DNA of 64,000 nucleotides. Origin: Amoebidium appalachense. Its lineage: Eukaryota > Protista > Ichthyosporea. This document shows positions 12,896 to 64,000 of this stretch, piece by piece; the first letter of the stretch is position 1; each line of letters starts with the position of its first letter. The position numbers were made by a program, and so were the translations under genes. Below the pieces are notes generated by a model. That model had not been told where the DNA came from. It saw nothing but the letters and a program-made list of their open reading frames with translations, and searched no databases. The stretch lies in contig CAVNZM010000004.1 in the NCBI GenBank assembly GCA_963693365.1, positions 4,962,564 to 5,026,563 on the forward strand, read 5' to 3'.

Positions 12896-15133
12896 TAGAT
12901 GAGCCATGTGTATAGCAAGTAATGTGAACCTTGGAGAAGAAACATCTTTCGAGCGACTGTAACTTCAGCAGTGCTACATATTATCATAATCCTAGTCACC
13001 ATCCCCCCCCCCCCCCCCCCCCCCCCTCCTTCCCCCACCGCTCCGCCCCATGCACGCCTATACTCTTTGATGTACTACACATAGTTGCATGTTTTCCCCA
13101 AGCACACGGAAGGGCACTCAACACACAGGGACACGTGCAGGCACACACACACACACACGCGTACACACACACACACACACACACACTCTCTCTCTCTCTC
13201 TCTCTCTCTCCCCCCCCCCCCCCCCCTCTCTTCCTCCCTCCCTTCCTATCCCCCGTCCCCCCCTCCCTCTCACCCTCTTCTCCACCCCCCCACCCCCCCT
13301 CCATCCCCCTTCACCAACACACCTGCACACATCCCTTGCTAATCAACTCGGCATGTACAGCCATTCTGTCATAATGATTGCGCAATCCCCCCCCCCCCCC
13401 CCCTACCTTCTGGGGCCAGTTGTCTTCCAGCCCCCCCCCCCGGCCCCCCCCCCTCCCCCCCCCCCCCCCCCCCCCCCCCAGGGAGCTGCCACCCTTACAA
13501 CCCTCTACGTTCCCTATAGCTATACCGAACTAGTAACAAGTTTCCCTGATGGTCCTTCCCCCCCCCCCCCCCTCTCCCCCCTCCCCCCCTCCCCCTCCTC
13601 CCCCTCCAACCGACATGTGCCCTACCCCTGACAACTGCCGATTCAAATGATGAATGTTTAACAGCTTACATCTGACTCATAGCCGTTTTGTCGTTAAACT
13701 TTCTGCGATGTCGGTGAAATGCATTTTTATCGTCCCTTCACGTCAACGTACCACAATTAAACTCTAAAAACGGTGAGGCCTTCGACCCCACGATCAGAGA
13801 ATGTGGGTTTGGGCGACGTGTTGAACACCTACCTGCCGTGTGACGCATTTGAGTGACCGCATCTTGCAACCATCAGATGCGCTCTAGTGCATGCAGATGA
13901 GTCGCCCCCTGAAAAAGCTGCAAAAGGACCAATTACATCTATATATATTTCGCGACACACACATGCATTGATTAGGGGACTGTAACATGGCCACATACAT
14001 ATGTATGTAGACGACTACGTTTTTTTTTTTTGTTTTTTTTTTTTGTTTTTTTTTTTTCCCTCTCTCCCCCGTTTGATCTCAAACTTTCAATCATCATCTC
14101 GAGCTCGGCAACCTATTCGACGTTCCTCTTCCCTTATCCGCGCCGTTTTACCGATTATGTCTTCAATGTTTTTCCTTTGTACCAACCGTGATTACGTATA
14201 TAGCTACTCCATACTGTTGCCATAATATGGGGCACCGGCCCCAGGGAACCTCTATCAAACGTTCAGTCTCAGCCCGTAGGCACAACGGAACGATCCAGAT
14301 TGATACTTCAATTGCAAACTAATAAGTAACCCTCCCCAGCTCTTCCTCCCTCCTCCCTCCCCGTCTTCCCCAGCCCTTGACACATCCCCACGTGCACCCA
14401 GCAACAGAGCCATCACCATATGCCCCCCACCTTGTTCAGAGCACCCACACATTCGTCAATAACACACAGTCACTGTGGGCATATGGGTGGCATGGGTTAA
14501 GATTCCGCCCCAGTCACGGAAGCGCACATTATTCGGCACACACTGCTGTAGGCTGGGCTGATTATATCTATATTTCTGAAGGCCGTGGTTTGTTACATTC
14601 ATTCTTTTTTCACTTGGGTGCAGTGGTCCCCTCTTGGCATTGCAGTCCTATGGTGATGCCATGTACGTATTTGGTGTATGCATTGCCACCGTAGCAAACT
14701 GCACGGGCAACACTCATTTTATATACATGCACACTGTGACGAATTGTGTTTTCACTGCGGCAGCTATCACTGTTGCTTTGTGGCTCATGACACCCTATGT
14801 GAAGATAGCGAAAAGAAAGGTTCGCGTCTCAATTCTTTATCCCTTGTAGTGTTTCTTACTTTGCGTTTCGTATAATGGTTTCTAAAGCTTGTACGCTTGC
14901 GCCATTGTCAGCGCCATTGTGATTGTCACAGTATGTATGTGTGTGTGTGTGCGTGCGCGTGCCCCTGTGCGTGTGCGTGTGGGTGCGCCTGCTAGATGTG
15001 TGTGAACAAGCGTCAAGCCAAACCTATTGTACAGCTGACCCAAACAAAAAAAAAACAAACAAACAAGAAAAACATGAACACTGGAATACCAGCCAGGAAA
15101 AAGAAGAAAAACGTAAAGAATTGCGTCCCCCCT

Positions 15134-15164
<31 letters not shown>

Positions 15165-15242
15165 ACCACTATCAACTAAAACATTCAAAGTTTTCGAGAT
15201 CTATAGCTATAGCCTTATAGCCAAAAGTGCAGAGAGCCCCCT

Positions 15243-26407
<11,165 letters not shown>

Positions 26408-27235
26408 GTTGTCTTATGAATGTGTTAGTGTCACTGATAGATGCATCGGCCCAGAAACGAAGTCAAATTGCAGGCCAAGAAACAGAAATTAATTATAATG
26501 TCTTTTTTACTGAGCTTATGGCTAACTGAAGAGGGATAGTTGGTGGTTTTCAAGGTCACCTCGTGAAACTAGAACGCTTTGCGCACTTGTTGAGAGCCAG
26601 CTGGTTTGTTTGGGTGTTGAACAATCTTGTGCTCCGAACACAATAAAAAAAAAAAGCCTAAAAACTACTTATGAATGTAGAGGTAACGTTAACGAGCATT
26701 TGTCGCAGCTTGTCCAAATTGCACGTGTTCTCTGCAGGCATTCACAACAAGCATGAAGCAAGACACCCTAGCCCCAAATACATGGCCTGAGTGTGAAGAA
26801 ACAAGAAGACCACACCGTTTGATTGATGAGTGTTGACAAGATTGGGGTTATAGAGTTCGAATATCTCGCAGGTGAGATTAGTCCGGCGAAAGTACAATTT
26901 TGATTAATGTGGCAATACGTAAAGTACGTCTTTCTTAGCTGGTTACAAGTCAAAATAATGCGGGGAAAGCTGGACGTGTTCGAGTGATGCGCATATATAC
27001 TACTGTGTTACTGTACTAGGCAAGAAAAAGCAAAAAAACGATCGCTCAGCATGCAGTAGGTGGCGAGGCCCGGTGACTGTGAGTCTAAGGATGACGTCAC
27101 ACTTAGCCAGAGGATGATTGGCCTTTATTCCCGCGCTTCCTGCCTTTTGCACAATTTGATTGGATGCTATTTCAAGGTATGTGATATTACAAATGTTGGC
27201 TGAGCCGTTCACTGAGTGAGTTCCGAAAAAATTGC

Positions 27236-27285
<50 letters not shown>

Positions 27286-27299
27286 GGTGGGTGCGCGCG

Positions 27300-27332
<33 letters not shown>

Positions 27333-27718
27333 AGCTGCATGGCTACTCGTGGCCACACAGTTGGGCATGATACGGTGTGCAAGAACATGTGGAAGTGCTA
27401 CGGAAAGGGGGCCCTACGTATCCTCATACGCCCTGTTAAGTGAGTGAGTGTGTGTGTGTGTGTGGGGCGGAGCGGGCGGGCGGGCGGGCGGAGCGGGTAG
27501 GGGTGGAGTGGGGTGGGGTGACGAGCAGGCGGGGTGGGGTGGGGTGGGTGGGTGGGTGGGTGGGGGGGATTATTCGAAACAAGCCAATCAAATCATTATC
27601 GACTCCCCAAAGTCACACAGTTGCACAAGCATTGTATCATTTATCATAACTTTATTTAATCAACAGGTTTTCCCCCCTCCAAATGTGCACGGACACATGC
27701 ACGGGTGCAGGTGGGAGG

Positions 27719-38219
<10,501 letters not shown>

Positions 38220-40308
38220 ATTGCCGTACTTTTGGGCCTTCTGTGGCCAAACAATAATGGGGAAAACTTTCGTGATTTAAAAGCTATAGCGCTGGCCTAA
38301 AGTCCCCTGTACTGAAAACGTTGCGACGGAGCCAAAAATTGCTCCTCTTGCTTGGGTTCAGGCGGAGATTCTACCGTGACAACGAGAAAAAAGCTATGGG
38401 AAAGAGAGTAGCCTCTGTGTAAGCCTAGCACAAAAATGCCTGAACGGATGTCTGCACAGCCTTTCTGGTGTCTCCAACGCCAAGAAAAGACCGTATATTT
38501 GCAGGCCTTACACTAGTGAATGTATACAGGGAAGGAAAAAAGATCCGAAGAAACCGTTCAGTGGACACAAGCTAAGGCTGGCAACTCGCGCTCAAAATTT
38601 TACGTTTTGGCAGCGGTAGGAGTCTTCGTTGCTGTTTTGATGACGTCAGGGGGGAGCAAAGTAATATTCAAGCCTTAGGAGATACCCAAAGGATATTCAT
38701 GAGGCAAGCTTTCTAGATCTTTACACGATTAGAAGTATATCTCGCCTAGATTAGAGCTGGAAAAATTGGCTTCTTTCAAGCTTCCAATACTGTGACACGT
38801 CATCATGGCTGTGCAAGGGTATTAGTCAAAACAATTTGCAATGTGCATGCCCACACTGAGTTTGCACTTCAAGATTACTCTCATCTTGAGTTTTGTGGTA
38901 TACTATGTTTGTAAACGGATGACCTTGTAACCATGTGTGTACATGTGACACGAAACGCATGGCATGCAAATTCGGACACTGCGCATGCCTTGCTAGCTAT
39001 AGGCGGTGCTGCAACTTTGTTCGAAACCACTCGATGCGGATGTATCATAATGGCTGTACCACATGTTTGAGATCTGCACAAATACGTACGTGACGTAGTG
39101 CAGTGGCTGCTAATTGTATATACAGACAACAGCTTGATGCTGCTTGTTGTTTAAGAAGGTGCATGCATATGTGTACGTGTCCCGCCAATGTGATGATCTA
39201 TGACTAATGATTGTCTAGTGAAAAATGGGTATAGACAATATATGTGGGGTACATTACCTACGGTATACCTGCGCAGGGGAACAAGAAAGGATGCATCGGC
39301 AGGACACAACGTTAATACCAGATCACAATAGACATAGTGCCACCAATGTTCACCGTGAACCATGCATATGAACTCGCCCGTTCAACTTGCGCCCCATGCC
39401 AAGCTTGCGGTGGAACTCCGAGCCGCTAGTCACGAAGAACTCCGTCAGCTACTATAATAGGTTGGGGTTGCAATGGGGGTGCACCGGGAGCATGGCCATG
39501 GTGTGTGTGTTTATCTTCATGCATGCTGAAACTTTCAACATGCAAAGAACGGGTTTCGACTCTTTGGTGGTGGTGGTGGGAGGGCTAGTGTATTATTCCC
39601 GACAATTGTGCAACTTGAAGGGGACGGGTGATGTTCAAGGCTCAGGATAGAAACACAACAACGTGTGGAAGGTAGCTACAGTACAGTAAATAAATGCATG
39701 CACACGTACACGGGCAACAAAGGCGATCATGAACTTCGGTCCGAATGAAAAGCTGGCATGCTCCCAGCGGGGTGGGTGGGTGACAAAATGTCGGCGGCCG
39801 GGGGGAGGGGTATGAATGCGTTACGGAGTACAAAGGATACAAGGACACATTTATGACGGGCAACACTATGCAAATTGCAAAGGGCATATCATCGGATTAT
39901 GCATAGCAGGTGGGGGGAAGGGGTGAAATACAGTAAACTAGTGTCATTGTTCAAAAATGACATGTGTGCATCTTTTTGCACCGAATCCGCACTCCGTGGT
40001 TTTGTGTCAAACAAGTTTTGGGCAAACCGGATGAGCTGGCGGGTGTCCCTGCAATAACAGAGACCATACTTTTATTAAACCATACCATGCTCTCTTTCCT
40101 CTCTGCCCATAGTGCCTGTGTTTGTGCTTGTGCGGTGTGTGTGGGTGATGGTGCTGTTACACGGTGCAAGTTGCCGTCCGGCGGCCCAAGCGCACACCAA
40201 ATACTATTTATACATGCGTGATTGAAACACGCATCTTCATACGTCGGCGGCAAAACATAACCCTCCTACTACTACGAGGGCATGTGCCTGATTTCGACTT
40301 TTTAATAT

Positions 40309-40795
40309 TTAGGCGAGGCCGGCCTTCTTCATCTCCTGTGGTGGGGGGAAGGGATAAATGTGTTAATCGACAAAACAGACATGAAACGGAAGTAAATCGT
40401 CAAGCAACAGCACGTGCGATCTTGCAAATTTGTAGTTTCTCCCCCCCTCCCCCCAAAATCCTAGGGTTAATCCCCTATGTAGGAAAAACGGAATAAGACC
40501 TTGCATGAGACGACGAGGAAGTCTGACAGAGTAAAGGCATGTGCTTTGTGTGATGTGTGTGTTGGGGGGGGGGGGGGGGGGGGGGGGGGGGCAAGGGAAG
40601 GGAAAGGAAGAAGGGGAGAGAGGGAGTTGCTAGTGAAATAAGCGTCTGGTGTTGGTAGGTGTCTGCAAGGAGGAGCAGGTGGCAGGCCGATGGATGGGCA
40701 ACGGTAAGAAGCCGTTACAAAATACAGTAAAACAAAAGAAGCGGAAGAGCATATATCCACTATCGTTATTGTGTGAATGTCCTACGTGTCCGTTT

Positions 40796-40826
<31 letters not shown>

Positions 40827-43684
40827 GGCACGTACGGCGAGAAGGGTGACACCCATCTTTGCCGGGGAGTCGCAGACGACGACGTTGGCAGCCTGCAGAG
40901 CCTTGATCTTGTCATCGGCACCACCCTTGCCACCGGACACGATGGCACCAGCGTGACCTGCACACAGGCATGATGTCAGAAAAGTGCGTGTGTACATTTG
41001 TGTGTATGCAAGCAAGGTGATACACATTGTGTTGTTTAATAGCACCATCCACATGAGAGAGAGAGAGTAAAGCTCAGCCCACGATCCCGTCATCCCACCC
41101 AACTCACACACACACACACAAAACAGCAATTTTTATGGACTTGCCCACGAGAGGAGGGGGGGGGGGGGGGGGGGGGGGGGGTTGAATGCGTCAAAAAGTA
41201 CGAAGTACACAAGAACAAACGGATAACACGATGCAGAATGCAAGCCATACATAAAGAGCATGCATAATAAGCAGAGCCCATCCTCAGGGGGGGCCCACGT
41301 CATCCACAGTACCCGAGTTTCGACCTATTCCCCTCGTTAACGAAACCCAACTCAGATACTGTTTCACTGGGGGAAGATAGAAGTTTGTTTTTTCGTGCAC
41401 GAAAAAACACACATGGCGGAGGGAGGGGAGAGAGAGGAGAAAGAGACATAGCACTCACCCATGCGGCGGCCAGGGGGGGCAGTGCGGCCGGCAATGAAGG
41501 ACACGACGGGCTTGGGCTTGGCCCGGGTCAGGTTGTGGGCGCGGAGGTAGTCGGCTGCCTCCTCCTCGGCACTGCCGCCGATCTCACCAATCAGAATGAT
41601 GCCCTCAGTGGCATCGTCCGCAAGGAACACCTGATTTTAAAAAGAGAAGGGTGAGTGCAAGGTTGATAAACATGGTTCTTGTGGAGGAGAGAAGAAAAGG
41701 GTCGAAGGGTGGTGTGTCGAGGTGGAGACGACGCATTCCGGGGGGGGGGGGGGGGGGGGGGGGGGAGGGGGAGGAAACAAGTGTAGGAAGATTATTGACT
41801 TCAGTACTTTGAAGTCAATGATCTTCTCAATTGGTTGAGCGCATAATTGAAAATTCTGAGGTTCTAGGTGTAAGTTCTACGCAAATGAGTGGGAGCCATC
41901 ACTAGGGGCCTAGAAGCAACCACGTGCATAGTCATACTGCTGGTGTGCAAATGAGTCGTTGAAGAGGCCCGGGGGGGGGGGGGGGGGATTATGTGCACCG
42001 AGGGCGACAGAGAGAGAGACTACGTGCAACAGGCACAAAAAAGCAACACACCTTGAGGCAGTCGATGAAGTTGGTGCCGTTGAACGGGTCACCACCAATA
42101 CCAACGCACAGCGTCTGGCCAAGGTTGGTGGCCGTGGTCTGCGCAACAGCCTCGTAGGTGAGCGTGCCGGAGCGGGACACAATACCGATCTTGCCGGGCA
42201 TGTGAATGTGGCCGGGCATGATACCGATCTTGCACTCGCCGGGCCTGATGATGCCGGGGCAGTTGGGGCCCACCATGCGCGTCTTGTTCTGTGACAAGAG
42301 AGCGCTCTTGACGCGCACCATGTCCTGCTGGGGGATACCCTCGGTGATGGTCACCACGAGGGGAATCTCGGCCGCAATGGCCTCCATCATGGCGGCACCG
42401 GCACCGGCGGGGGGAACGTAGATGACGGTGGCATTGGCGCCGGTCTCCTTCATTGCCTCGGCAACATTGGCGAACACGGGGCGGTCCAAGTGCATGGAGC
42501 CGGCCTTCTTGGGGTTGATACCACCCACGATGTTGGTGCCGTACTCAAGCGCCTGGGTGGAGTGGAACGTACCCTGCACCGGAACATGTGTAAGCGCTAG
42601 ACCCAGTTATCATACTAGGTAAGGATGGGAAAGGGGGACTGGTGTTTCCTAGTTAGAAACGGGTCCATGCTGTGTATGCAAAGCACAGAGACAGTGAAAA
42701 ACGAGGGTTATCACTCCCACGAACGACAACCCTTCTTAAGCATCTGGTGGCTCAGAGCAAAATTCTACGGCACAGTTTAAGCTACGAGAACAAACTGGCA
42801 AGAGATTGCCCAGCCACAACTCTTCGAAGGCAGCTGTGCAGTCTATAGCCGGGAGAGTAGCAAGGGCAGAAAGGAGGCGGCACGGCTGGAAAGAAATTTT
42901 GTCCGTAGCCAACGCCGAGCAGCACGCAAATGTTCATGTAAACGTTGCAAGAGAGGTTGGCAGGCAAGAGAGATAGACAGGCAGGAGGACGAGGGACAAG
43001 CTGGCAGAAAGGTACCGAGGGGGAGTAAGTGCTTACCATCTTGCCAGTGAAACCCTGGACGATAAGCTTGGTCTGGTGACCAATGTTAAGGTTGGGGATG
43101 GTCTGGTCATACAGACTGGTGGCGGATGAGTACGCGCGGGCGCCTGCAGGGGGCAAAAATGTCAAAAGATTGAAACGTGCACAGATAGACAAAAAATCGT
43201 GCAGGCACTGTCGGTTGCTGAATGGAAGGAGGGGCAGGGGAACAGGGGGGGAGGGGCGAGCTGCTGTAGGTCGGTACAAACAACACAAATCCCCGACCAG
43301 CTAAACCTGCAAGAAACACAAAGATTGCCCGACCACCACACAAAAGTGTTGTGCAGTGTTTCCGATGACTGAAAGACTAGTGTATACGTGCAGTAACGAG
43401 ACAGGGTGATGACTTCTGTGTAGTGAGGCACAGCGGTTTATCACGAAAGAATACGCAATTATACAAAATTTCCTGTCTACAACCGTGCAGGTTACAACTA
43501 CTTTACAGAATCTTCTGTACTCCGTTGCGTAGTATTTCGCCAAGGCTAGAGAAACGAGGTCTACTCTTGTTCTCTGTGGACCAGTTGCCTCTCAAAACTA
43601 CCTAGAGAAAACTATAAGGCATGTTGCGTTCGTACCATTGGCGACAACGCGGCGGGCCTGGGCGGCAAGGGAGTTGACCATCAT
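40309..43684 (-). CDS. SUCLG1: Succinyl-CoA ligase alpha subunit, mitochondrial
   Basis: Exons 43684-43636, 43143-43037 (IVQGFTGK), 42573-42052 ([27 protein letters not shown]), 41630-41459 (IGEIGG, PPGRRM), 40957-40836 (GHAGA phospho-His motif across the junction) and 40335-40309 (EMKKAGLA*). Confidence 0.97.
41182..41368 (-). mobile_element. Dispersed structured element, subfamily B (more truncated), in a SUCLG1 intron
   Basis: Near-identical to 32387-32575 and preceded by poly-G. Confidence 0.9.
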
Positions 43685-45088
43685 TTTCGAGGTTTTACTA
43701 GACAGCGAAACGCCGTGACTAGGATACAAGTTTTTTGTTGGAAAAGGCAAAAAGAGGGCAACTCCCGAGCTCCAGTGTGCCTGCCTTGGTGTGCTCTGTG
43801 CGGCCAAACATGCGGTTGCTTATGTTAGGTACGGCGATCCAATCACGGCGCGGGTGCACCGATTGGTTGAGGGTGGCAAATAAAAAAGTTAAAGATTTCG
43901 TTAGGTCACACCGATATATTGAAGCCAGCCATAAAACACCAGAGTAAAATGTTTCTATCTGTTTATATGCAACTTAATGCAGTATAATTTGCATTTCTAC
44001 TGCTCTGCTATATATAGCTGCCTAGCGCTGGACGGAAAATCTAGTTGTACGGTGAACCGATAAAGCCTTTTTAGAACGATCCGCTTCAGTTCTACCAATC
44101 GTTGTCGTCTTAGCCTTATAAGGGCCCGGTGATCCGGGGGGATAGACCTGCGCAACCTGGCTGCATGCGTCCCTTCGCGGCTTTTCTTAATATACCCACA
44201 CTATTCAGCTTATAAGCATAGACGGTGTTTAGGGAATTGCAATATTCCCCTATAATTAACTAATTAGTTTGCAGAGAAATGCTTGAGGAAAGCAGCAACA
44301 TGCTGAGGATGATGCACAAAGAACTCTGAAGAGCCAATCGGCGACATACGGGCGTTATTCCTTTGGCGCCGGACCAATGAAATTGCACAACGACAACACA
44401 AAGGGTGGGAAGCGAACCAATAGGATGTCTGCGCATTCAATCCTTGCAAAGAACCCCCGAGAAGTCCCCTTGAAACAATTCAGGTTTTTCTTTATTCTTT
44501 TAAACTTTTCCGAATATCTTTGATATTCTTCTATTTAAATAGCAAAAAGCGTTTTTTAAACAATGAAACAAAGTTTTTACATCAAACTAACAAACAATAC
44601 TTAAACGGAAACTGAGTAATAAAACTGGTACACACCAATTCTTATCTCTTTGGCAATTTCAGTTCGATCAAGGGAGAATATATTGCAAGCGATGATACGA
44701 AGCTTCCAGGATCGACTTCCCCAAAGTTTTTTGTTTTTTTCTACACTAGGCTAGATCGTTTTGCAAAAACCGTTTAGGGGTGATTTGAGGGTGATATCGA
44801 TGGGTATGCGGGCATCTCAATATTACATTGTCTGTCTACGACACGTTGTGATTTATCAATTCGTCATTCAAAGCTTTTCCATTAATAAACGCCACTTCCT
44901 GAGGCGATTCTCGGAATCAAGTGGGGGATGTGGTGTGGGGAATAGATAACATAACAACCTGTCCATGTGGTCCCCCTCCTCACCTTCCCCTGCCTTTGTG
45001 CTGTGCCCTCCATCTTTTTCGTCGTGTAGTTATATTTCACACCATGTCCCACATCCCACCATTTTCAGATGTGCAGGGAGATCACATC

Positions 45089-45477
45089 GTACTTCCATGC
45101 AACCAAGCATGGCTGCACTCCATGGTTCATGTGTAAGTCACGTACGTATACATTTTCGCTGCATCTGCGGATTCCAACGTACACAGTCCCCTTTTTGCTT
45201 ACTTAAGCAACTCTGATCCGCAAGACGGGCGACCCACCCAAGGTCAACGGACACTGAATCCTTCGTTGGGCATGTGTTCCGGAGGGAACCTTAGGTGCAG
45301 TTACGGTGACTTGGCCCTCCTTGAAGATGGAATCTGCTTATGTTGCATACTACACGTTCCTGAGGTTGCATGCTGACAAGGTCATTTTGCATATCGTGAT
45401 ATGTGTTGTGTCCTGCAACGTATTTCTCATCATGTAGTTGTACCGCGTGCTCTACTCCGCCTTCTTATAAAAAATAT
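45089..45477 (+). mobile_element. Old, diverged near-full-length subfamily-A-like copy (intergenic, plus-strand sense)
   Basis: ACTTCCATGCAACC...CAAGACGGGCGACCCACCCAAG...GACTTGGCCCTCCTTGAAGATGG..TCTGCTTATG is colinear with the reverse complement of subfamily A and is followed by poly-C. Confidence 0.75.
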
Positions 45478-46064
45478 CCCCCCCCCCCCCCCCCCCCCCC
45501 CCCACCTCCCCCAGCCCACCTCCCGGGCCCCCGGTGGGAAGGTAAAGAACCCATCTGCTAATCAATCTGCTGCTGCTGATGGTATATCCCCTCCTCCCCA
45601 CACCCCGGCTCCACCATCCCCCCCACCCTCTCCCCCCCCCCCTCCCCCACCCTTCAAAAACCACCACGTCACCACCCCCACTGCTAGATTAAATAATAGC
45701 CGTCCATCAACTCAAGTATAACCCCATTGAATTTCCGCTGCTTTGCCCACGTTACACGGCTGCTTGCATAAGTAGCTATAGCCCTGCTCGTACACCCATA
45801 CTCAAGAGAACCAGTAGCACACGGTTGAGTTTCGCTTGCACAAGGTGTTGTACAAGCGTGGGCCGAATACTGCGGACGACTTCCACCCTTCCGCCCTCCT
45901 CCTGCCCTCCCCAACATACACACACACACAAGCTTGAGCCTTATGATTATTTGGGTGTGTGCACGTGGTAGTCTGAAAAATATCAATTTGACACACCCTA
46001 TTAAATGAGAGTGTGTGGGTATGCATGTGTGTGTGACTAAGCCCTTGAGTGTTCACAAACTGTA

Positions 46065-46101
<37 letters not shown>

Positions 46102-46760
46102 ACGGTGTGTTTGTGTGTGCAGCGTTTCACGTGTACGTGTGGCCATATTGTTCTGCGAATACAGGGGTTTGTCCTTTTCTGCTGAACTATTCGGAGAAGC
46201 AGCTTGCTTTGAGCGGAATCACTCCGCGTACAGAAAAACGACTCTGCAAAGCTTTGGGAAGTGCTGCAGCATTACTCTCGGATTGCAGCAGTATAAACTT
46301 GACACAAGCAGAGTTATCCTGCAAATATCAGACTTATTCAGCTGTTTGTACTGGCTCCCATGGTCAACTTCAATAACAGAGTTTTTTTTTTTTTTTGCAC
46401 TTGGTCGTTATTATTATAGATTTGCAGTGGGTGTTGGCCTGTCCGGTCCACAGGCGATCCTTACACGCATAAATAAAACATACACGATTACCGTCAATCA
46501 TCACTAGTACATACTATCGGCACAAATTTCAAGTTCCGTGCATGGTATTTATGCTACAACTGGTAGATGTCTTTTGTGTCATAGTTGGTGTGTTTGCGTG
46601 TGCGCATATATGAACGTTGTTTAATTTGAAAGGACGTTGTGGGTGGCAACCTGTATTGCCAAGGGTCGACAAAACACAGGCCATTAGCTGTTATGATCAT
46701 CACCCTTTTCATCAGTTCAACTCTTACGGCGTGCCATTCATCCATCTTTCCGATAGGAAT

Positions 46761-63991
<17,231 letters not shown>

Positions 63992-64000
63992 CTTAAACGC

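Noticed and set aside
11820-15200. Possible additional gene between VAMP and CDF
   Set aside because: No convincing exon chain or protein motif was found on either strand.

Overview
Intron-rich eukaryotic genomic DNA. The gene set (APLF-type FHA, a short brevin, TRAP1) suggests a unicellular holozoan or other protist, but this is inference. Six spliced genes can be assembled by hand: an APLF-like FHA/PBZ protein that continues into a plant-aprataxin-type macro domain (minus strand, runs off the left edge), a synaptobrevin/VAMP (plus), and on the minus strand a mitochondrial-type CDF metal transporter, proteasome subunit RPN10, succinyl-CoA ligase alpha, and TRAP1/HSP75. Introns are full of poly-C/G, (CA)n and (CT)n tracts, so almost all ORF-track entries are artefacts. 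Two features stand out. (1) A dispersed 120-400 bp element occurs in about 14 copies and several subfamilies. It usually sits in C/G homopolymers, has one fixed end and one variably truncated end, is sense-oriented in every intron, and has a covarying, apparently pseudoknotted RNA core with ribozyme-like motifs. (2) The introns share a grammar: C-runs directly after roughly half of the 5' splice sites, and CA-repeats or very long pyrimidine tracts before several 3' splice sites. Exon boundaries were read by eye and may be off by a few bases.
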